A stretch of 23,226 bases of DNA from Chlamydiota bacterium (lineage in GTDB: Bacteria; Chlamydiota; Chlamydiia; Chlamydiales; SM23-39). Below the pieces are notes generated by a model that ran no database searches, was not told the origin of the DNA, and worked only from the letters and a program-made list of their open reading frames with translations. Numbering within the stretch: the first letter of the stretch is position 1; each line of letters starts with the position of its first letter. The stretch spans positions 1 to 23,226 of the forward strand of contig JBEHXF010000032.1 in the NCBI GenBank assembly GCA_048498835.1. The letters run 5' to 3'. A program made the translations under genes and the position numbers. Shown here one piece after another: positions 8,225-16,199 of the stretch.

Positions 8225-9229
8225 TTAATGGGATGAGGATTTTAGATAGGGAGTGAGATATTCAATTCTATCGGTAAATGGAGGGTAATTTATCCATCGA
8301 CAATTGCCAGCAGAATCGATCGCGACAGAGTATTTCCAACTTTTAGCTCTCAGTTTTTTTAGAACTTCTCTTATTTCTCTAAATAAGGTGATACCGCCAC
8401 TTGCTAGGCGTGGATTTATTTTGGCTGCTACTATATCTGCTTCACGCTCTCTCTTTCTTTGACGAATGCAAATATAAGCTTTAAGACTTACTAGGTTCAA
8501 AAGGATAAGTCCGATGGCGCCTAGAACTACAGGAAGAAAATAAATATTCGCCGCAAAGATAAGCGCTAAAGCTACTCCAATTACAACGAGTGTCGATATA
8601 ATGGCGAACACTTTAATCCTTGCTCTGAAGGTAGAACCTTGCGCACCATGATCAAGCGCATTGTGAGCAATTTCGTGAGCTAAAGCAAACTCTTTTGCTG
8701 CCTCGGAAAGGTGTTTATTTTGAAGTATATTCAAGATAGCTGGAATTATTATTTTTTCTTCAGCATCAATTGGTTTTGGTGTCATACCTAAAAATTTTCT
8801 AGACCAATCGGCAAAATCTTGTAGAAATTGATCATTTTCTAATGAATCAGGCCCTATATTTTCCGCTCTGAATTGCGCTGGCAAATCATCGGTTTTGATT
8901 AAAGTATAATGCGGAATGGGAAAAACTGATTCAGAGTCAAAATTTTCCCCCTGATTTACTCCATCAATGATATCATAATATTCGAAGAGATTTTTTGCAT
9001 CTGGGTAACAACGCCGGAACTCTGCCGTTAGTTTATCTAATTTTTTTTCTAATTGAACGATTCGTTCTTCCTTTAGATCTTTTCCTCGTTTCGGTTGAGA
9101 TGCCGGAATTTTTTTTGCTTGATTTGCTGTTTTCGCCGTGGATGTCTGTGCTTCACTGCCCCAAACATAGCCCCATGCTCCCGTAATTATATTACTAGCG
9201 CTAGATAGACCATTAGTTATGATGTTCAT
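8225..9229 (-). CDS. M48-like zinc metallopeptidase, membrane-associated (paralog 1)
   Basis: HEIAH, hydrophobic hairpin, EREAD. The C-terminal HP motif is replaced by NYPPFTDRI. Confidence 0.78.
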   Translation of the reverse strand: MNIITNGLSSASNIITGAWGYVWGSEAQTSTAKTANQAKKIPASQPKRGKDLKEERIVQLEKKLDKLTAEFRRCYPDAKNLFEYYDIIDGVNQGENFDSESVFPIPHYTLIKTDDLPAQFRAENIGPDSLENDQFLQDFADWSRKFLGMTPKPIDAEEKIIIPAILNILQNKHLSEAAKEFALAHEIAHNALDHGAQGSTFRARIKVFAIISTLVVIGVALALIFAANIYFLPVVLGAIGLILLNLVSLKAYICIRQRKREREADIVAAKINPRLASGGITLFREIREVLKKLRAKSWKYSVAIDSAGNCRWINYPPFTDRIEYLTPYLKSSSH

Positions 9230-9287
9230 GTCATTTTCTTTTGTTTTATTTTTAAATTATATCAAATAAGTGAAAATCAGATTGGAT

Positions 9288-11255
9288 TTATTTATCCCGA
9301 AAAAGACGGAGAGAATTAAGTCCAACTAGGACAGTTCCTCCTTCGTGGAGGATAACTGCAATCCATAATGGGATAAAGCCGAGAAGAGCGGGCGTGGTGG
9401 CGAGAAAAATGACGCTCAGGGCGAGGGTGAGGTTTTGGCGGACAATCGCTTGCGTTTGCTGCGCTTTGCCAAAGAGCCAAGATAGAAGTTGAAGATCGTC
9501 ATTGAGGAGGACGACGTCTGAGGCGTCGACAGCTGTAGCGCTGCCGATGCGGCCCATCGAAATCCCCACCGTAGCTCGTGCGAGAGCGGGCGCATCATTG
9601 ATGCCGTCGCCTACCATGGCGAGCCCCCCATTTTGGGATAGCTCTGCCACCTTATTGAGCTTATCCTCGGGTCTTAAATTGGCAAAGACCGAAGTAAGTC
9701 CGAGGAGCCGGCCGACGAAGTGGGCATTGCGAGCGTGATCTCCCGTGAGCATGACCGCCTGAAGGCCATGTTGATCTTGTAAGGAAGAGAGGAGTGGGCG
9801 CACTTCTTGGCGAATCTGGTCGGAGAAGCGGAAGACAAAGAGATCGTGACCAATCGCTAGAGCTGCTAAAACTTGCCCTTCCGTTTCAGAGCCTTTGGAC
9901 CAAGTGGCGAGCTCTTCAGCGAATTTTTGAGGAAGTTGTTTCCCAATGTGTTCAGGAAGACCGATAGCAACTGCTGTTCCATCTTTTAACTTTGCCTCTA
10001 ATCCATACCCTGGAATCGCTCTAAATTGGTCGAGTTCGATGAGTGGCAATTGTTTGGATGCAGCGAGTTTACAGATCGCGGAAGCGATCGGGTGGACCAC
10101 TTGTCTTTCGAGCGAAGCGGCGATGGCGAGGGCTTCATCGGAAGTGATTTGGGTGGAACCAATCGGCTGGATGGCATTGCACTGGAGCTCGCCTGTGGTC
10201 AATGTACCTGTTTTATCAAAAGCGATGGTGCGACAAGAGGCTAGAGCATCGAGTGTAACGCCCCCTTTGAGCAAAATTCCCTTTCTTGCACAGGCTGAAA
10301 TGGCGCTTAAGTAGGCAGTGGGTGTTGCGATGATCAGGGCGCAAGGCGACGCGGCAATCATAAATGCGAGAGCGCGGTAGATCGAACCTTCAAACCCGAG
10401 ATAGGGCATCGAGAGAAATAAAGGGAAAGAAATGGCGAACAAGAAGGTGAGGGCAATGATGGATGTGGCGTAGGTTTTGCCAAATCGATCGAGCATTCTT
10501 TGGACGCGCGGTTTTGCCTCTTGCGCTGCGGTGATGAGTTGGATGATTTTAGTGAGAGTCGAATCGCCGCTCGTGCGTGTGACGGTGATCAGGAGCGCTG
10601 AATCGAGATTGCGGGCTCCTGCGGGAACTGTATCGCCCGGTTTTCTCAGATCGGGCAGGGTTTCGCCGGTGAGATGAACCAAGTTGATCGAAGAGGTGCC
10701 ATCAACGACTGTTCCGTCGAGCGGCGCAATTTCACCTTGCTTGATCAAAAGCTTTGTCCCCACTGTGATATCGCGGACCGCTTTCTCATACACTGTACCG
10801 TCATCGCCAACGATATGAGCGAATTTGGGAGCGAGATTATTGAGATTGTGAAGAGCGCTGCGCGCTTTTTTTGAAACGGTCTCTTCGAGTCCATGCGATA
10901 ATTCAAAAAGGACCAGAAGCAGAGCTCCTTCCAGTCCGCTGCCGATCAGCACAGCCAAAAAAGCGGCGAGCGTCATGAGGATGTCGATATTGATCTCGAG
11001 ATTTCTTAAGTCATCGACAGCTGCGAGTAGAGCGGGAGCGCCTGAAATCAGATAGACGAGAGAGAGAAAGAGGTGAGACAGCGGCAAATTCGTAAATGAA
11101 AACCCGAAAGAGAGAATGAGAAAAAAAGCGGCCGCCAAGGCGCTTTTTAGCGAGAGGTTTTGGCTCCATTTACGAGAATCAGGAGTTAAAAAAGGGCTGA
11201 TGCTCTCTTCGCGGCCGGAGGCGAAAAATTCATCGAAGAGATAGGGCTGTTTCAT
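9288..11255 (-). CDS. Heavy-metal P1B-type ATPase, P1B-4 subgroup (ZntA/CT727-like)
   Basis: TGE (LTGET), SPC (ASPCAL), DKTGT, HP, GDGINDAP and C-terminal HEGGT. No N-terminal CxxC metal-binding domain. Confidence 0.93.
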   Translation of the reverse strand: MKQPYLFDEFFASGREESISPFLTPDSRKWSQNLSLKSALAAAFFLILSFGFSFTNLPLSHLFLSLVYLISGAPALLAAVDDLRNLEINIDILMTLAAFLAVLIGSGLEGALLLVLFELSHGLEETVSKKARSALHNLNNLAPKFAHIVGDDGTVYEKAVRDITVGTKLLIKQGEIAPLDGTVVDGTSSINLVHLTGETLPDLRKPGDTVPAGARNLDSALLITVTRTSGDSTLTKIIQLITAAQEAKPRVQRMLDRFGKTYATSIIALTFLFAISFPLFLSMPYLGFEGSIYRALAFMIAASPCALIIATPTAYLSAISACARKGILLKGGVTLDALASCRTIAFDKTGTLTTGELQCNAIQPIGSTQITSDEALAIAASLERQVVHPIASAICKLAASKQLPLIELDQFRAIPGYGLEAKLKDGTAVAIGLPEHIGKQLPQKFAEELATWSKGSETEGQVLAALAIGHDLFVFRFSDQIRQEVRPLLSSLQDQHGLQAVMLTGDHARNAHFVGRLLGLTSVFANLRPEDKLNKVAELSQNGGLAMVGDGINDAPALARATVGISMGRIGSATAVDASDVVLLNDDLQLLSWLFGKAQQTQAIVRQNLTLALSVIFLATTPALLGFIPLWIAVILHEGGTVLVGLNSLRLFRDK

Positions 11256-12010
11256 GTGAGAAGCAGGAGCTGAGCGAGGAGATAGGCGCTACCCGCTGCT
11301 AGGGCTGCAACGGCGAGATTCCACACAATCGACGGCATCGGTCTATTTTTTTCCATTTGCGCTGTCGTTCCCGAAGAAAGAAGAATGACAATTGCTGCGC
11401 AAACAGCAGCGCCCCAAAAGGGGAGGAAAAAGAGACCAAAAGCGACGATGATTGCAGCGCCGAGCACTCCGACTGCTGCTCCCGCCGCTTGTTTGAGTGG
11501 ATGCTCATACGATTCAAGGCTAAGGCCTAGTTCTTCTTCGAGCATCACCTGGAGAAGGCGGTTGTCGTCGGCCATTAAGACTTCAACCACTTCATCTAAG
11601 AGCCTGCCCGAAAATCCCTTCGCGGCATAGAGCGCGCGAAGTTCCTCTTTTTCTTGCGCTCGATGGTGTTCGATTTCCCATCGCTCTTCTTCAATGAGTC
11701 GATGGAGACGCTCTAAGCGCGACCAACCTAAAATGGCGCTTCGACCGACGCGCCAGAAAAGCCAGCCGCCGATAAAGGCCATCATAAACCAGTGAATTTT
11801 TTCAGCGGGAAAATGGATTTCAGTCAGAAGCGTCCAAAGGACGATCATGAGGAGCGCAGTCTCATTGGCACTATCAGCAGCCGCGCAATAGTGACCTGGG
11901 AGTTCGGCTCCATGAATTTCGCTGGAGGCAGTTTTCCCTTTTTTGCGCGCATCGATCACATGCTGAAGAGCCTCTTTGCCATGAAAGTGATCGTGTGCCG
12001 CTTTATGCAT
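11252..12010 (-). CDS. VIT1/CCC1-family metal transporter-like membrane protein (CT728-like)
   Basis: Glu-rich loop EEERWEIEHHRAQEKEELRALYAAKGFSG...MLEEELGL is typical of the VIT1 cytoplasmic domain, flanked by ~5 TM segments. ATG 12010 overlaps the upstream stop (ATGCATAA) and its own stop overlaps the ATPase ATG (ATGA). Confidence 0.8.
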   Translation of the reverse strand: MHKAAHDHFHGKEALQHVIDARKKGKTASSEIHGAELPGHYCAAADSANETALLMIVLWTLLTEIHFPAEKIHWFMMAFIGGWLFWRVGRSAILGWSRLERLHRLIEEERWEIEHHRAQEKEELRALYAAKGFSGRLLDEVVEVLMADDNRLLQVMLEEELGLSLESYEHPLKQAAGAAVGVLGAAIIVAFGLFFLPFWGAAVCAAIVILLSSGTTAQMEKNRPMPSIVWNLAVAALAAGSAYLLAQLLLLT

Positions 12011-13265
12011 GATGGAGACCTTCTTCAAGTGCAATCGTCAGCAGTTTAGTCAAATCGCATAGATCGCTGGAAGAGATAATTTCGCGCGTCGAGTGCATCG
12101 CCCAACAGGGGAGCCCGAGATCAACCGTTGGAATACCGGTGTTGGCCGACATAATGGGACCGACGGTGCTGCCAGAGGGAATATCGGAGCGGTTTGCGCC
12201 CGGCTGCAATTTGATTTGATGTTTTTCCGCAAGCCGCGCAACGATGGCGGCAGAGGAAGCATCGGTTGCATATTTTCGCCCTGCGTTGAATTTGAGCATG
12301 ACGCCCTTGCCGAGAAGCGGAGAATTGTGCGGATCGTATTTTTCCGTGTAATTGGGATTCCAAGCATGCCCTACATCAGCGGATAAAATGATCGAACGAC
12401 TTTTCAGGCGATGGAAATCTTCTCGATCTTGCTGCATAGCAAGGCAAATTCTCTCCAGAACTTGGTCGACGAACTGCGAGTCGGCACCGGTTGAGCTCAT
12501 GGAACCAATCTCTTCGTGATCCCAAAAAAGAGCCATTTGAATGAAATCGCTCCGACCTTTTGCTTTTAAAATAGCCTCTAAGCAAGGGTAAGCAGAGCAG
12601 AGATTGTCGAGGCGATAGCCGGCGATCATCTCTTGATCAAAACCGACAAGCCCCGGTTTTTCGAGCGGTACTAAAAAGAGATCAAACGCGTAGATCTTCT
12701 TGCATTTAAGCCGTTTTTTCAAGAGATCTTCGACCGTGTGCTCACCCTTGATCGAAAGAACAGCTTTTAGGTGATCTTGCTTGTGGACCAAGATCCCTTT
12801 TTCATTGATTGTCCGATCCAGGTGGATGGCGAGCTGCGGAATAATCAAGGGAAGATCATGGAGGAAGATAAGGTGAGCGCCACTATCGGTTTCCACTTTT
12901 CCTGCAATCGCAAGATCGCGGTCGAGCCAAGAATGTAAAAGCGGGCCGCCGTATACCTCTGTGCCCACTTGAGCGATTTCTTTGTGGGAGAGGTCGGGCA
13001 TCGGCTTGACTTTCAGCGCTGGGCTATCGGTATGACTTGCGAGGAGAATCGCCCCTTCCGCTTTCTTTTGCGGCATACGAAAAGCGCAGATGAGAGCCCC
13101 TTCTCGCTCGACGAAGTATCCCTGATTCGGCTTTAGGTTCCATCGCTGACTCTCTTGAAGCTGGGTGAAGCCAGCTTCTTTCAGTTGATGAGCGATCTCT
13201 TTGGCGGCATGCCAAACAGTGGGCGACTTCTCAATGAAAGAGAGAAAACTCGAACAGTCGGACAT
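12003..13265 (-). CDS. M18-family (aspartyl) aminopeptidase
   Basis: SPTVWHA, HTDSP, YGGPLLHSWLDRDL, RLDNL, DHEEIGS, ADVGHA, GSTVGP and AMHSTRE. Confidence 0.93.
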   Translation of the reverse strand: MSDCSSFLSFIEKSPTVWHAAKEIAHQLKEAGFTQLQESQRWNLKPNQGYFVEREGALICAFRMPQKKAEGAILLASHTDSPALKVKPMPDLSHKEIAQVGTEVYGGPLLHSWLDRDLAIAGKVETDSGAHLIFLHDLPLIIPQLAIHLDRTINEKGILVHKQDHLKAVLSIKGEHTVEDLLKKRLKCKKIYAFDLFLVPLEKPGLVGFDQEMIAGYRLDNLCSAYPCLEAILKAKGRSDFIQMALFWDHEEIGSMSSTGADSQFVDQVLERICLAMQQDREDFHRLKSRSIILSADVGHAWNPNYTEKYDPHNSPLLGKGVMLKFNAGRKYATDASSAAIVARLAEKHQIKLQPGANRSDIPSGSTVGPIMSANTGIPTVDLGLPCWAMHSTREIISSSDLCDLTKLLTIALEEGLHHA

Positions 13266-13279
13266 GAGCCCATCCTTAC

Positions 13280-14560
13280 CTATTTAGGTCTTATGACCAT
13301 CATCTCTTCTTCTAAATACTTGTGGAGGACTTTTGGCACAAGGACAGAACCATCGTTTTGCTGATTGTTTTCCAACAGAGCCACCATCAATCTCGATGTG
13401 GCGACCCCAGACCCGTTGAGAGTATGGACAAAATGAGGCTTTTCATTCTTGGGGCGATAGCGGATCTGCGATCTGCGCGCTTGGAAGTCGGTACAGTTGG
13501 AGACTGAGGAGACCTCATAATAGCGGTTTTGGCCTGGTAGCCATACTTCGATATCGATTGTTTTCGCGGCGGCAAAAGACATGTCGCCTGTCGTTAAGAG
13601 CATGTTTCGATAGTGAAGCCCTAGTCCTTCCAATACCTCTTCCGCGCTGTCGAGCATTTTCTGATAGACGGCGCCACTCTCTTCTGGCTTGGTCAAACAA
13701 AATAGTTCCACTTTATTAAACTGGTGCGTTCGGATCAGCCCTCGCTCCTGGGATCCTGCGGCGCCTGCTTCTCGTCTAAAGCAGGGAGTATACGATGTGT
13801 ACATCAACGGCAGTTGATCTTCTTCAATAATCTCATCGTAGTGCATTCCATTGATCGCGCACTCAGAGGTGGGAATGAGGTACAAATTGTAGTCTTCGTC
13901 TTTAATCTTGAACAATTGATGTTCAAATTTCGGAAGCTGCGCTGACCCATACATGATTTCTGGGCGAACCAACAGCGGCGGCATCACTTGGGTAAAGCCG
14001 TTTTTCCGATGGATATCCAACATATAATTCAAAAGGGCCCACTCGAGCCTTGCTCCCATCCCAACATAGAGAGGCCAGCCCGATCCAGAGATCTTTGCTC
14101 CTCTTGCAAAGTCGAACAATTTCAATTTCTCATTCAGCTCGACGTGATTTTTGAATGGGAAATCAAATGTTCGCTTTTCGCCCCAAGACTTGACGCACAC
14201 ATTATCTTTCGGACTTGGCGATACGGGAATATCGTCCATGGGCAGGTTGGGCAAAACAGCCATGGCATAGTTCAATTCGCCCTCTAACTGGACCATCTCT
14301 TCATCTCGAACAGCGATCGTTTCAGCGAGTTTAGCCAATTCGCTCATGAAAGCAGAGATGTCTTCGCCTTTTTGTTTCTTCATGCCGATTTCTTTCGACG
14401 AGTGATTTCGCTTCGATTTCAATTCTTCCACTTCCGTTTTCAGCGCTCTTACCCGCTCGTCCAAAGCCAAGATCGGCAGGATGCTCGCCTCTGGAACTTT
14501 ATTTTTCAGCTTGGTTTCGAAGCCGGTGGGATCTTTTCGTAGTTCTTTTAAATCTAGCAT
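13280..14560 (-). CDS. serS: Serine--tRNA ligase
   Basis: MLD start with N-terminal coiled coil; LIPTSE, CFRREAGAAG, GLIRTHQFNKVE, YEVSSVSNCTDFQARR and HTLNGSG. Confidence 0.98.
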   Translation of the reverse strand: MLDLKELRKDPTGFETKLKNKVPEASILPILALDERVRALKTEVEELKSKRNHSSKEIGMKKQKGEDISAFMSELAKLAETIAVRDEEMVQLEGELNYAMAVLPNLPMDDIPVSPSPKDNVCVKSWGEKRTFDFPFKNHVELNEKLKLFDFARGAKISGSGWPLYVGMGARLEWALLNYMLDIHRKNGFTQVMPPLLVRPEIMYGSAQLPKFEHQLFKIKDEDYNLYLIPTSECAINGMHYDEIIEEDQLPLMYTSYTPCFRREAGAAGSQERGLIRTHQFNKVELFCLTKPEESGAVYQKMLDSAEEVLEGLGLHYRNMLLTTGDMSFAAAKTIDIEVWLPGQNRYYEVSSVSNCTDFQARRSQIRYRPKNEKPHFVHTLNGSGVATSRLMVALLENNQQNDGSVLVPKVLHKYLEEEMMVIRPK

Positions 14561-14586
14561 AATTCACTCATCTAAAATGGTTCTTA

Positions 14587-14615
14587 AGTATAGGACAAGA
14601 GCCTCATTTCCGCAA
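14587..14615 (-). promoter_or_regulatory. sigma66-type promoter for the serS operon
   Basis: Minus strand reads TTGCGG, 17 nt, TATACT. The -10 lies 26 nt upstream of the serS ATG. Confidence 0.6.
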
Positions 14616-14719
14616 AGAACAGGAAAAAGAGAAGGGAAGAGAAATAAAAAAATCTGTTTTCTCAATGGATTGAAATCGTAGTTATTGACTATGATTTTTT
14701 GTTCAATTCGAGGCCTGCG

Positions 14720-15745
14720 ATGTCTGAAGAAAATACCGCCAAAAGTCAAATTCTTCTCTATCAAGCTGAAGACGGCAGTCAGCGGATTGAAGTTCGTCTA
14801 GAAGAAAATACGGTTTGGTTGTCACAAGTGCTTATTGCCGAACTATTTCAGACAACAGTAGCAAACATCAATATCCATTTGCGAAATATTTTTACTCAGA
14901 AAGAACTCTCTGCGAATTCAGTTATTAAGGAATCCTTAATAACTGCCCAGGACGGTAAAAAATATCGAACAAAATTATATCGCTTGGAAGCGATTTTGGC
15001 TGTAGGTTATCGGGTCCGTTCTCATCGAGGTATTCAGTTTAGGCAGTGGGCAACTCAACGCTTGAAAGAGTATATTGTTAAAGGATTTGCATTAGATGAT
15101 GAGCGGCTGAGTAAACCCGGAGCGGTGGATTATTTTGATGAATTACTTGATCGAATCCGGGCTATTCGAGCGTCCGAAAAGCGTTTTTATCATAAAATTC
15201 GAGATATCTACACCTTAAGCGCTGATTACGATTCTACGCATCCTTCTACTCAAGAATTTTTCAAAGTTGTTCAAAATAAGCTACTGTATGCAGTCACTGG
15301 GTGTACGGCGGCAGAGATTATCCATCAGCGTGCTGACGCTTCTCTTCCTAATATGGGCCTCCCTTCATGGGAAGGGGGTAACCGAGGAAAAAAAGTCGCC
15401 CGGAAGGATGTTGATGTTGCCAAAAACTATTTAAGTAGTGAAGAGATCAAAGAATTGGAATTGCTTGTGAGCCAGTACTTAGATTTTGCCGAACGGCAAG
15501 CCCGTCAACGCAAGATGATGTATATGGCCGATTGGAAGCAAAAGTTAGATGCATTTCTTGAGCTTAATAATGGTTCCATTTTAACTCATGCAGGTAAAAT
15601 ATCAGCAGAGCTTGCCAAAGATCAGGCGCTTGCTAAGTATAGCAAATTTGAAAATCAACAGCTGGTCGAAGATAAAGCGATTTCTGAAGAAGAGTTACGG
15701 GAAGCTGTGTCAAGAGTGATGGCAGTAAAAGACTTTTCTACCTGA
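14720..15745 (+). CDS. rhuM: RhuM-family (Virulence_RhuM) putative DNA-binding protein
   Basis: ILLYQAEDG..IEVRLEENTVWLSQ..IAELFQ, AVGYRVRS.RG.QFRQWAT, DYFDELLDRIRAIRASEKRFY, VQNKLLYAVTG.TAAE and AKNYL. ATG 14720 is preferred over TTG 14699. Confidence 0.88.
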   Translation: MSEENTAKSQILLYQAEDGSQRIEVRLEENTVWLSQVLIAELFQTTVANINIHLRNIFTQKELSANSVIKESLITAQDGKKYRTKLYRLEAILAVGYRVRSHRGIQFRQWATQRLKEYIVKGFALDDERLSKPGAVDYFDELLDRIRAIRASEKRFYHKIRDIYTLSADYDSTHPSTQEFFKVVQNKLLYAVTGCTAAEIIHQRADASLPNMGLPSWEGGNRGKKVARKDVDVAKNYLSSEEIKELELLVSQYLDFAERQARQRKMMYMADWKQKLDAFLELNNGSILTHAGKISAELAKDQALAKYSKFENQQLVEDKAISEEELREAVSRVMAVKDFST

Positions 15746-15766
15746 AGAGCAGGCTGCAAAAATAAA

Positions 15767-16120
15767 CCCCCACAAAGGCGGGGAAGCCCTCCGCACCTCT
15801 CCCCAAAAAAGAGTTAACGCAGAGAGGGAATCCGCGAAGCGGGCCGCGACGAAGTCCGCGGCGATCCTGTGAAGGGACATGAGGCGAAGCCGAATGCTCT
15901 GAGCAGCCGATGCCCGCTAAGGCTAGGCAGAATTGAGGCGCAGTCCCCGAAGAGCAGTGCTTTGCACGGCTGCGGAATCGAGAAAACGATCCGGGGGATC
16001 GTTTTCTCGCGGAGCAGGTGAGCGTGTAAGCGCGAACCGGCCGGAACGAGCACGCGATAAGCCGAAGGCTGGTCGGCAAAGCCTTAGTTAGGACCCCTGG
16101 GGGCTGGGGCGGAGCATCCC
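15767..16120. other. GC-rich non-coding multi-hairpin element (ssDNA/RNA structure, function unknown)
   Basis: About a dozen adjacent stem-loops with GAA/GGA triloops, GTGA/GTAA tetraloops and tandem GA pairs, plus a perfect 14-bp inverted repeat at 15979-16009. Both flanks are AT-rich. Confidence 0.65.
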
Positions 16121-16199
16121 GACAATGCGTAATGTTTTCCTTTTTTTTATTATTTTCATTCTGTTATCGTGTTTTAGGTTAGAACTCTGAGTTGATTAC

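Noticed and set aside
15748..15763. AGCAGGCTGCAAAAAT as an IS terminal inverted repeat
   Set aside because: No complementary copy was seen at the other end of the element and there is no transposase.
15738..16079. Minus-strand ORFs of 113 and 79 aa over the hairpin array
   Set aside because: Arg/Ser/Pro-rich shadow translations of GC-rich palindromic DNA with no recognisable domain.
15746..16199. Array as RNase P, tmRNA, SRP RNA, tRNA or group II intron
   Set aside because: I found no GAGGAAAGTCC, tRNA-like ends or T-loop, SRP GGAAG/AGCAG loop or domain V motif on either strand.
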